Source of the DNA: Octopus sinensis | Lineage: Eukaryota | Direction of reading: 5' to 3' | NCBI RefSeq assembly: GCF_006345805.1 | Contig: NC_043019.1 | Span: 10,415,360-10,479,359 of the forward strand | DNA: 64,000 nt | Part shown: piece after piece, positions 52,587 through 64,000 of the stretch | How positions within the stretch are numbered: position 1 is the first letter of the stretch | Layout of the letters: each line of letters starts with the position of its first letter | Position numbers and translations under genes: made by a program | The notes under the pieces: model-generated | Databases searched by the model: none | What the model was told of the DNA's origin: nothing | Seen by the model: only the letters and a program-made list of their open reading frames with translations

Positions 52587-52895
52587 GACGTTCCAGTTGT
52601 GACCCTCCTGTCTTTCTGATTATCATTTTTCTTTTCAGACATAAACAAGACTATTTTATCTTCATTCAATATATCCTTCCATACTTTTTTTTTAATGCAG
52701 CAGTTTTGAGGGAGATTAGCTGCTGTTTCTTGTATGATCAGAGACGTTCCAGTTGTGACCCTCCTGTTTTTCTGATTATCATTTTTCTTTTCAGACATAA
52801 AGTAAACAAGACTATATCATCTTCATTCAATATCTCCTTCCATACTTTTTTTTTAATGCAGCAGTTTTGAGGGAGATTAGCTGCTGTTTCTTGTA
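52587..52895. repeat. Direct tandem duplication, period ~156 bp
   Basis: GACGTTCCAGTTGTGACCCTCCTG…CTGCTGTTTCTTGTA at 52587-52734 and 52743-52895. Confidence 0.9.
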
Positions 52896-54799
52896 GATTC
52901 AATGACTACATACAAGCTCCCTCACTTCTTGAAGAGTAGAGTTAGTATGTGTGGTTAACTGTACAAGGGGCTACTGAAAAGTTCTGGATTTGGGTAAAAG
53001 AAAATACAAGAGGATCAGTTTATGAATATATTCAACATATTCCCCTCTCAGATTCAGACACTTATCGCAGCGGTCCTTCAGATTTTCTAAGCCCTGTGAA
53101 AAGAACTCGGAAGATTGGGCCTCCAACCAGGCCTTTCACAATACCCTTAAAACCAGGAACATTTCAGCACCCCTTTGCACATAAATTTAATGATATATAC
53201 ATGTGTATGGTTTACATATGTATAACAAAACCAGAAATTTGTTGGTATTATTTACTTTCCATTACACATGTTTCATTTGCTAATAGGAATTACAAAGTTA
53301 TACATGTTAGCTAGACAACCATGGAAAATTATTCTTTTATTTGTTTCAGTCATTTGTCTGGAGCACTGCCTTTATTCAAGCAAATCAACCCCAGGACTTT
53401 TTCTTTGCAAGCCTAATACTTATTTTATCAGTCTCTGTTGCTGAACTGCTATGTTACAGGGACATAAACACCCCAGCATCGGTTGTCAAGCGATGTTGGG
53501 GAGACAAACACGAACATATATCATCATCATCATTTAACATCCGTTTTCCATGCTGGCATGGGTTGGACAGTTTGACTGAGGTTTGGAGAGCCAGCAGCTG
53601 TACCAGGACCCAATCTGATCTGGCAATGTTTCTACAGCTGGATGCCCTTCCTAATGCCAACCTCTCTGAGAATGTAGTGGGTGCTGACAGGCTTCTTTCA
53701 GTTTCCATCTACCAAATCCACTCACAAGGCTTTGGTCGGCCCCAGGCTATAGTAGAAGACACTCGCCCAAAGTGCCATGCAGTGGGACTGAACCTGGAAC
53801 CATTATCATCGTCATCGTTTAACATCCGCTTTCCATGCTGGCATGGGTTGGACGATTTGGTGGTTGGTAACCAAGCTACTTACCACACAGCCATAATACT
53901 ATTGCTATTTAATTTCTCTGTCTGAAGAAGTTCTAATAGAAAATTCCTTGCATGGACAAATTAAATAATGCTATCATTAATAAGACAAAATGAGATGACA
54001 AAGAAATAAACAATTAGCTTACATCTGTTTCTGCTATGAGATACAGTGCACTCATAGTTGAGTGCCTGAGTAACACCTTATAGCTTCATCAGAGCCTCAA
54101 ATATGAAGTACTATTTATTTGGGTATACAAATACATTTAAGCATATATACACTCTTTACTCTCTTTTACTTGTTTCAGTCATTTGACTGCAGCCATGCTG
54201 GAGCACCACCTTTAGTCGAGCAAATCAACCCTGGGACTTATTCTTTGTAAGCCCAGTACTTATTCTATCGGTCTTTTTTGCCGAACCGCTAAGTGACGGG
54301 GACGTAAACACACCAGCATCGGTTGTCAAGCAATGCTAGGAGGACAAACACACACACACACATATATATATACGACAGGTTTCTTTCAGTTTCCGTCTAC
54401 CAAATCCACTCACAAGGCATTGGTCAGCCCGGGGCTATAGCAGAAGACATATAATATATATATATTAAATAAATGGCAAGCGAACAAGAAGTTATGTAAT
54501 GAACTTCATTATCTTGCAGTTGTTTCTGCTATGAGATGCTGTGCCATCAGCTGAGAGCTTGTGTATCACCTTATCACTTCGTCAGAGCTACACTCGACTA
54601 TGAGTGCTTTGCATCTTATAGCAGAAACAACTGTGAGCTAATGAAGTTCATTTCATAATTTCTTGTTTCCTTGTCATTTATCTAACTTCTTATTACACTC
54701 TGTATTTGACTAATGCTTTGCATATATATATGTGTGTGTGTGTGTGTATAAAGAGAGAGAGAGAAATGCATATAGATATGCACATGTATATTATCTATA

Positions 54800-55110
54800 T
54801 ACCGGAGTAAACACATAAATGTGAAACAAGGTGGAAAAAAGAGTACTCAAATACCAGGGGTAGAGTAATATGCTTTATTTCAAAGCAGCAGAAAATTCAA
54901 TTCAACAAAACCTGTTACTCTGAGTTTCACGTTCCCATTCGTTGGACAGTTTTTATTAGCAAAAACTGTCCGACGAACGGGAACGTGAAACTCAGAGTAA
55001 CAGGTTTTGTTGAATTTTCTGCTGCTTTGAAATAAAGCATATTACTCTACCCCTGGTATTTGAGTACTCTTTTTTCCACCTTGTTTCACATTTATGTGCT
55101 TACTCCAGTA
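54800..55110. repeat. ~310-bp fold-back (palindromic) element with a variant hammerhead core in each arm; half copies at ~29485-29635 and ~58672-58825
   Basis: Arms 54800-54954 and 54961-55110 are near-perfect reverse complements around a 6-nt loop. The + arm reads CTGT-CCGACGA-ACG GGAA CGT-GAA-ACTCAGAGT-A-ACAG (54966-55003). Confidence 0.85.
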
Positions 55111-55904
55111 TGTATATATATATATATGATGGCTGTGTGTTAAGTAGCTTGCTTACGAATCACATGGTTCCAGGTTCAGTCCCACTGTGTGGCACCTTGG
55201 GCAAGTGTCTTCTACTATAGTCTCGGGCCGACCAAAGCCTTGTGAGTGGATTTGGTAGACAGAAACTGAAAGAAGCCTGTCATATATGTGTATATATATA
55301 TATGTGTGTGTGTGTTAAAGTATTATCTATATATACATTTGCTATAAACAGATTAAAAGGATATATATATACAGATAGATAGTTATGTATCTATGTATGT
55401 GTATATATGTATAGAGACAAACAGACAGACAGAGATACACATGAAGCTACCTGGCTATTTGTTGTGTATATTGATTACCTTCTTGTTTCTCTGGGATTGG
55501 TCAATTGATGGAGATACCTGATGAAAACCCAATAAGTTTCGGAAATCAATTAAGTCTGTTCGTCGTTTTTCTTATAGATTTATTATGTTTGTATGTCGAC
55601 TGAGTAAGTTTCAATATACACATAAATATTTATTTTTTATGTCGAGTTATATAAGATGTGTTTATTAAACCGAAAGTTTGCTCAATACTTTTTCTAGAGG
55701 ATATGTTCATAAAGGTTTATCCAGACAAATGTTGACAGTGAATACTATAGCAAGATTCAGCTAGCTTGCCTTCGTCAGACTATCGGACAAAGGCAAGCAA
55801 GACACAAGTTTGAAGTCTAGTCCCAGGCTAACTACTGCCTTTTGCTTGAATTTAGTAGATGGAAACTGTGCGGAATCCTGCTGCGTACATGTTTGTGTGT
55901 GTAT

Positions 55905-55963
<59 letters not shown>

Positions 55964-56323
55964 TATATATATATATATAAATAAATAAAAAATTTCTTTA
56001 AAATTGTTATATGAAAAAATAATTTGGGAAGCTGAAGACTGTGCAAGTGCTTACAGAAAATGTTTCCATTAGGCCTATGTTAACCTGCTTTTGTTTAAAT
56101 TTTCTTTTTTTATTTAAGAACTAATTTTGCAAATATTGTGATTATACTCTTTACTCTTACTTGTTTCAGTCATTTGACTGTGGTCATGCTGGAGCACTGC
56201 CTTTAATATTGGTTTCAAATTTTGGTACAGCAATTTCAGGAGAGGGGATAAGTCAATTACATTGGCCCCAGCACTGTATACAATAATTTCATTATTATGA
56301 TTATTATTATTATTATTATTATT

Positions 56324-57025
56324 ATTAACCTGTCTGAAACTGCCTCTGGCTCTGTAGTACAAATGTCTTCTTTTCAAAAGTTCTGAATTAAAATCTTCTA
56401 CCAAACCTTAGTCACAGTTGATGTTCCAAACACTAGCTTAATGATAACTGAGTTATTTTACTAAATTCTTTGTTATATTTAAAATTAATTGAAAGAAACA
56501 CGGAGCATCTCAATAGAAATAAGTTAACAAAAGGGTTAAAGTCACCATGATATTTTTAACCCTTTTGATACCAACCCGGCTGAAACCGGCTCTGGCTCTG
56601 AGTACAAATGTCTTGTTTTCATAAGTTTTAAATTAAAATCTTCCACCAAACCTTAGTCACAATTTATGTTCTTCACACTAGCTTAATGATAACTAAGTTA
56701 TTTTACTAAATTCTTTGTTATATTTAAAATTAATTGAAAGAAACACAGAGCATCTCAACAGAAATAAGGTAACAAAAGGGTTAAAGTCACCATGATATTT
56801 TTAACCCTTTTGATACCAACCCGGCTGAAACCGGCTCTGGCTCTGAGTACAAATGTCTTGTTTTCATAAGTTTTAAATTAAAATCTTCCACCAAACCTTA
56901 GTCACAATTTATGTTCTTCACACTAGCTTAATGATAACTAAGTTATTTTACTAAATTCTTTGTTATATTTAAAATTAATTGAAAGAAACACAGAGCATCT
57001 CAACAGAAATATGGTTACGAAAGGG
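56324..57025. mobile_element. Three tandem copies of the same piggyBac-like MITE separated by an identical spacer
   Basis: Copies at ~56324-56539, 56556-56784 and 56801-57025. Spacer AGTCACCATGATATTT occurs twice, period 245 bp. Confidence 0.85.
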
Positions 57026-59010
57026 TGAAGAAGAAGAAGAAGAAGAAGGAGGGGGAGGCAGGGGACAAGGAGAAGAAAGGAAGAAGAAGACTGGGTCCAA
57101 ATTTTGGCACAGGGCCAGCAGTATTTTGAAAGAGAGAGAGATGTTGATTACATCGACCCAAGTCCTTGACTGGTACTTATTTCAAGGACCCCCAAAACGA
57201 TGAATGGCAATGTTAACCCACCTCAGCAGAATATGAACTCGGAATGCAAAGCCAGAAAAAAAAAATGCAAATAAGCATTTCCTCCAATCTGCTAACAATT
57301 GTGCCAGCTCACCACCTTCAACAACAACTACAACAATAATAATAATAACAATGACAACAACAACAGCAACAATGATAATAATCGCTGTAGATATACAAAT
57401 TTTATCACATTTTTCATCTTGCTTGGTACGTTGGACCAAATTCAGCTATGTATGGGTGTTGCTTCTACTACTTCCACAAACACTTTAACTAGAAAGTGTG
57501 CATATATATATCCACCCATTTGTGTGTATACATGTATGTACACATACACACGTATACATGCATATATATATGTATACATATATTTAATAATATAGATGAA
57601 AAAGATTAGAAAAATGATGAATATGACATAAGAGCATATATATATATACATATATATATAAACATTTTTGTATAGAACATACACACCCACATGTATATAC
57701 ATATGAATATACTGGCATACAAATGTATCCATAAATATATATTATATATATAAAATGAGATAGGGGTTGTAAATTCAACCCTCCATGGGATAACATATAT
57801 CCAATATACTGCTTTTGTATTTTCTCATTTTGTATATATATATATATATATATGTAAGTATGTATATATATGTAAGAATGTATATATATATATATGTATG
57901 TATGTATAACATGAAGGAATAGGGGTTTGGAATCTGGCCAGGTACCTTATTAGCACTCTGATATAATCCAGATCTGGCTAACCACATCGAATGTCAGGGA
58001 GCATAAGATAAACAATTAAATGGTACTTAATTTCGGCAGGTAAACCCTGAGTTCATTTCACTGGATTTCACATAGCAAACAGAGTATATAATCAAGACAT
58101 GATAGGGGAGAATGGTGAATTATACATCTTCAAAATTTATTTAATAAAGTATTATTCTCATCAAATTCCAATCCAACATGTGTTTCTGCAGGATAAGTGT
58201 CCTGCTGTCCTTTGATATAACAGGTACACTCTTTTTTGCTCTTTTACTCTTTTACTTGTTTCAGTCATTTGACTGCGGCCATGCTGGAGCACCGCCTTTA
58301 GTCAAACAAATCGACCCCAGGACTTATTCTTTGTAAGCCTAGTACTTATTCTATCGGTCTCTTTTGCTGAACCACTAAGTTATGGGGACGTAAACACACC
58401 AGCATCGGTTGTCAAGCGATGTTGGGGGAACAAACACCGACACAGACATATACACACACACACACACACACTCACACACACACACACACATATATATGAC
58501 GGGCTTCTTTCAGTTTCTGTCTACCAAATCCACTCACAAGGCTTTGGTCGGCCCGAGGCTATAGTAGAAGACACTTACCCAAGGTGCCACGCAGTGGGAC
58601 TGAACCTGGAACCATGTGATTCATAAGCAAGCTACTTACCACACAGCCATCATATATATATATGTATATATATACCTGAGTAAGCACATAAATGTGAAAC
58701 AAGGTGGAAAAAAGAGTACTCAAATACCAGGGGTAGAGTAATATGCTTTATTTAAAAGCAGCAGAAATATAACAAAAGCTGTTACTCAGAGTTTCACGTT
58801 CCCATTCGTTGGACAGTTTTGCTGCTTTTAAATAAAGTATATATATATATATACATATATATTTAGCATGTAATGTACCAGTTGTGAGAACCTGTGAAAC
58901 ATTGACACTAACACACCTCAACCACCTCATAGCAATTTTAAACCCACCAAAGCTAAAAGAATGAGATGGTTGTGGTGGGGGAGTGTTTACAAATAACAGA
59001 CTGACTTATG

Positions 59011-59099
<89 letters not shown>

Positions 59100-59469
59100 T
59101 TCTGTTTCAGTTTCATCACCACACCCTACTAGTAATTCTGCTTGGCACCAACAATAACAGTTGGCAGCCTCAAGAGGCAGGAGTAAGAATGATACCAGAA
59201 ATTACTTAGAGAGAGAGAGAGAGAGAGAGAGTGTGTGTGTGAGTGTGTGTGTGTGAGAGTGTATGTGTGTGTGTGTGGTGATAACTGCTGCAAATGTATG
59301 CAGCTTCATATTGTACTTTGCAGCAATTTACATGTTACACCCCTATATGCAGACAACTTGCTATTCTTGACAATACAAGGTGTATATTTGTATACACACA
59401 CACACACAAACAAGACCTATATATATATATATATATATATACATATGCACACGTACACACATAAATGCC

Positions 59470-60930
59470 TGTATACGCTTACAACCTGCCAGTGATACTT
59501 AGAAATAGTAGAAAGTTTCTGTTACCTTGGTGACCAAGTCAGCAGTGGAGGTGGATGCGCTGAAAGTGTAGTTCAGAGAACTTCTACCTTTGATGGTAAC
59601 AAAGGGTTTCTCCCACAAAATGAAAAGCAGATTGTATGATGCCTGTGTGTGAACAGCCACGTTGCATGGCAGTGAAACATGGGCTGTGACTGCAGAGGAC
59701 ATGCAAAGACTTGAAAGAAATAAAGCCAAGGCGGCGAGCTGGCAGAAACATTAACACGCAGGGCAAAATGCTTAGCGGTATTTTGTCTGCCGCTATGTTC
59801 TGAGTTCAAATACCGCCAAGGTCGACTTTGCCTTTCATCCTTTCGGGGTCGATAAATTAAGTACCAGTTACGCACAGGGGTCAATATAATCAACTTAATC
59901 CGTTTGTCTGTCCTTGTTTGTCCTCTCTGTGTTTAGCCCCTTGTGGGAGGTAAAGAAATAGGTATCTCATCTGCCGCTATGTTCTGAGGTCAACTTTGCC
60001 TTTCATCCTTTCGGGGTCGATAAATTACGTACCAGTTACGCACAGGGGTCGATATAATCGACTTAATCCGTTTGTCCTCTCTGTGTTTAAGCCCCTTGTG
60101 GGTAGTAAAGAAATAGGTATTTTGTCTGCCACTACATTCTGAGTTCAAATTCCGCCGAGGTCGACTTTGCCTTTCGTCCTTTTGGGGTCAATAAATTAAG
60201 TACCAGTTATGCACTGGGGTCGATATAATCGACTTAATCCATTTGTCCGTCCTTGTTTGTCCCTTCTATGTTTAACCCCTTGCGGGCAGTAAAGAAATAA
60301 GATATTAAGCCAGCATGCTCTACCGGGTGTGCAATGTCAGTGATATTTTAAGATATTTTAAGACAAAAATTGGGTGTAAGAGGCATCAGATGTAGTGTGC
60401 GGGAGAGAAGACTGTGCTCTTATGGTCATGCGATGCATATGGATGAAGACAGCTGTATAAAGAAGTGCCGGTCTCTAATTGTGGAAGACGTAGAATCAAA
60501 TAGCCATGGGATAAGATGATGAAAGGTGATCTTCAGTTTCTGAGCTTCATGGAAGCAATGACAAGAGACTGAGACTTGAGGTACATTTCTTTGCTTCAGA
60601 AGACATATCAAGCTAAGTGAGATCATGGTTGGGGCCTAGTACCAGTGACATGTGAAGGGCACCCATGTGGGAGACAAGTAAAAGGCCCCTGTGCTAGTCA
60701 CACATAAAAGGCAACTGTACCAGTGACATGTAAAAGGCATCAATGCTAGTGAAACATAAAAGGTACCAAGTACACTCTGTGGAGTGGTTGGGGGTTAGGA
60801 AAGGCATCCAGCTATAGAAACTAAGCCAAAACAAAGTGGATTCTGGGGCAGCTCTCTGGCTTACCATCTCCAGTTGAACCGTCTAACCCATGCCAGCATG
60901 GAAAATGGATGTTAAATGATGATGATGATG
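59470..60930 (+). mobile_element. RTE LINE 3' fragment split by a SINE-B trimer (59729-60300)
   Basis: LEIVESFCYLGDQVSSGGGC…RLYDACV*TATLHGSETWAVTAEDMQRLERN, then resuming SML…KLGVRGIRCSVRERRL..YGHAMHMDEDSCIKKC, followed by a 3' UTR ending in (GAT)n. AAGCCA flanks the insertion on both sides. Confidence 0.85.
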
Positions 60931-62546
60931 ACATACATAAATGCACATGCACACTTATACAAACATATATATAAATATATATACACACACACGTATGTTT
61001 GCATATATCTACACATACACACATACATATCTAAACATATATAAATATATATCATCATCATTTAACGTCCGCTTTCCATGCTAGCATGGGTTGGATGATT
61101 TGACTGAGGTCTGGCGAACCAAACTCCAATCTGATCTTGCAAAATTTCTACAGCTGGATACCCTTCCTAATGCCAACCACTCCGTGAGTGTAGTGGGTGC
61201 TTTTACGTGCCACCAGCATGAGGGCCAGTTTGGTGGTACTGGCAACGGCCACGCTCAAATGGTGCTTGTTATGTGCCACCTGCACAGGAGCCAGTCCAAC
61301 GGCACTGGCAACAAGCTCGCTCGAATATATATATATACATATATGCACACACACACACACACACGTATGTTTGCACATATTTACACATACACACAGACAT
61401 GGACAGCTGTGCATATGCATGCATACATGCAGAAATGGAGATGCACATTCACAAATAGATGTGGACATATACACACACAACCACAGAGTGGGGTGCTCAT
61501 ACACAGATGATTGTACACACAAACGCACACACACACACACACACATTCACAGATAGACGTAGACACACAAACACAATCACAGATTGATGTATACATATAT
61601 ATACGCAGTTTGATACACACAGTACAGAGAGAGAGAGACGCACACATACATCTTACACACACACACACACACACACATACATACACACATACACAAACAT
61701 ACTCTCACCCACCCACGCATCACACATACATGTATCAAATGTCTGCCAATGAGAAACTGGTTGTATAACCACTTTTTTTTTGCTAGAAATAGCAACCAAA
61801 TCTTCATATTACAGCCCTCTGTCTTTCAAAATAAAAATAAGGTCACATTAGTACAAGGTACATTTATGGTAGGAAGAACAAAAGAGAAATGAGATAGGAT
61901 GGCCACAGCTGGAATGTCTAAAGGAATAGGTCTGTTTATTTACCACTGGCCTGAAACTACACGAGATGATGGTAACAGCTGACACTCATACATATATACA
62001 TACACATATACACATGCACATACACACAATTATGTACATATTTGTACTTATGTACACAAGGTATATTCACACCCACACCCACACCCACACACACACACGC
62101 ACACACATCATACACACACACACACACACGTGTCTTTTATGATATTTTTCATGTCTCCTTTATATTACTCCACATGTGTCTGTCTGTTATCCCATGGCTT
62201 TTTTTTTGTTGTTGTATATGTATTATTATTAATTTTTTGTTGTATACTCTTTACTCTTTTACTCTTTTACTTGTTTCAGTCGTTTGACTGCGGTCATGCT
62301 GGAGCACCGCCTTTAGTCAAGCAAATCGACTCCAGGACTTTTTCTTTGTAAGCCTACTTATTCTATCGGTCTCTTTTGCCGAACTGCTAAGTTACAGGGA
62401 TGTAAACACACCAGCATCGGTTGTCAAGCAATGTTGGGGGGGACAAACACAAACACACACACATATATATTATATATATATATACATATATACGTTCAAA
62501 TTATACGTTCATATTCGTTCAATTTTTTTTTTTTTTTTTTTTTTTT

Positions 62547-64000
62547 GGTAATTCCTTGTGCCGATTTGAACGAATCACAAGAAGAAGTTTTTTTCTGTGA
62601 CGTGCGTATGACCATGTCAACACTCCTGCTTGGCGTTGTTTATCGTCCCCCAAGTTACCATCGGGACACAAGCTTTGCAATGTCCTCCGAGCTGCTGCCA
62701 GGAAAACAGCCACTTATGTGTTTATTGCAGGCGATTTCAATCATCCTGAGATCGATTGGGAGACCTTCCATTGGCCACAGAGTGCAAACGATTTTGTTGA
62801 GCTTGTGCTGGACTCAAACTGGTCACAAGTAGTCACCTCTCCAACAAGAGGCGACAACACTTGGACCTGCTCTTCACCACAACTCCTGAAGCGGTTATCA
62901 ATTGCACTACGGAGGAACCTCTAGGTGACTCTGATCATGCTATGATCATCGCCAATCTGGCTCTTGCGGGCAACAAAAACCTGAACCATCTCCAATCTGC
63001 TTCCTTCGATTGGAAGAGAGCAGATTGGAACCTGTACCACACTGAACTACAGCACAAACTGGCGTGAATTCTACAACTCTGGAGATGTGAATACTATACT
63101 CCAGAGTATCCTGGACTCAATATGGGCAGCATGTGCAGCATCAGTGCCACGTAAACAAAAAAAGAAGAACCGCCCCAAAAGGGCAATTTGGGAAACTTCA
63201 GCGGTCCGACTTGCCAGGAGGGAACGTCGGACTGCTGAACGGGAATACAGGTTGCATAAATCAGACACCAACAGGAAGAAGCGGAATAAATCCTCCAACC
63301 ATCTCAAGCAAGTGACAAAAAAAGCAGTGCTTGAATTTGAACAGTGCATAGCAGCCAATCCTGACAGCAAGGTTTTCTGGAAATATGTGCACTCAAAGCA
63401 GAGACCTCACTCTCCAGTGGGCCCTCTTCGCAACCCTCACACAAACCAGATCACTGACGACCCCAAGGAATGCGCAGAACTCATTGCCGAGTGCTATGCA
63501 AACATATTCACTGTTGAAAGTCAAAATGTACCATCTTCACCATCACTAACAGCAAACTCCATAACAACTATGGAATTACACCTGCAATGCTGCGACGTCA
63601 CCTTCAAAATAAGCGCAACTATGCCTCCCCTGGTCTCGATGGAGTTACATACCTGCTTCTCAAACGTGGCAGGCACTTCCTTTTACACCAGCTTTCTATT
63701 TTCTTCCAGTACTGTCTCAACAATGGTGCTACTCCGGAGCAGTGGAAAACTGCCAGTGTCATTCCTCTGTTCAAAAAGGGCGACCGCACATCACCTGTCA
63801 ACTATCGCCCAGTCAGTCTCACTAGCTGTATTGCAAAACTGATGGAATCGTGTGTCAGAGAAACACTCTGGAACTTCTGGAGCTCTCACAGTCTCATCCG
63901 ACCCTCACAATATGGATTTGTCCCTAACTCCAGCTGCAGTGACCAGCTTGTCGAGTTCCTTGAGGACATTACTCAGATTACTGACAGTGGCTCATGGGTG
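62547..64000 (+). mobile_element. CR1-clade LINE ORF2 (APE endonuclease + start of RT), 5'-truncated and frameshifted, runs off the window end
   Basis: VVYRPPS, IAGDFNHPEIDW, PTRGDNTLDLLFT, PLGDSDHAMI, KFWKY-like SKVFWKYV, PLFKKGDRTSPVNYRPVSLTSCIAKLMES, QYGF. A stop at 63065-63067 and several frameshifts. Confidence 0.92.

Noticed and set aside
55515-55550. CTGATGA-AAAC…GTTT-CGGAAA motif
   Set aside because: Spacing and stems I/III do not fit a hammerhead.

Overview
AT-rich, microsatellite- and SINE-dense animal genomic DNA. The repeat families and (TA)n/(CA)n/(AAT)n load suggest a coleoid cephalopod, most likely Octopus (inference from recognition, not a search). Two real genes are supported, both on the + strand. 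(1) Ornithine decarboxylase antizyme: three internal/terminal coding exons (6356-6665, 13494-13579, 17984-18111) with the classic +1 ribosomal frameshift site UCC-UGA-C at 6408-6414, followed by a clearly readable H-type pseudoknot (6418-6484). Exon 1 was not found and may lie upstream of the window. (2) RBM25 (RRM + RE/RS region + PWI) encoded as a single uninterrupted 928-aa ORF (40115-42901), suggesting a retrogene, downstream of a CpG-rich promoter-like island (~37900-38430). The rest is transposon debris: mariner and maT-like Tc1/mariner fossils, hAT and piggyBac-like MITEs, Tx1/L1, L2/Crack-like, RTE, HERO-like and CR1 LINE fragments, several tRNA-derived SINE families and a 28S rRNA fragment. 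The least expected signal is a set of short (TA)n-embedded, often palindromic elements on both strands that carry minimal type-I hammerhead ribozyme cores (CUGANGA...GAAA with palindromic stem III), typical of Penelope-like element termini. One family has a variant CCGACGA core. There is a 100-N assembly gap at 31212-31311.
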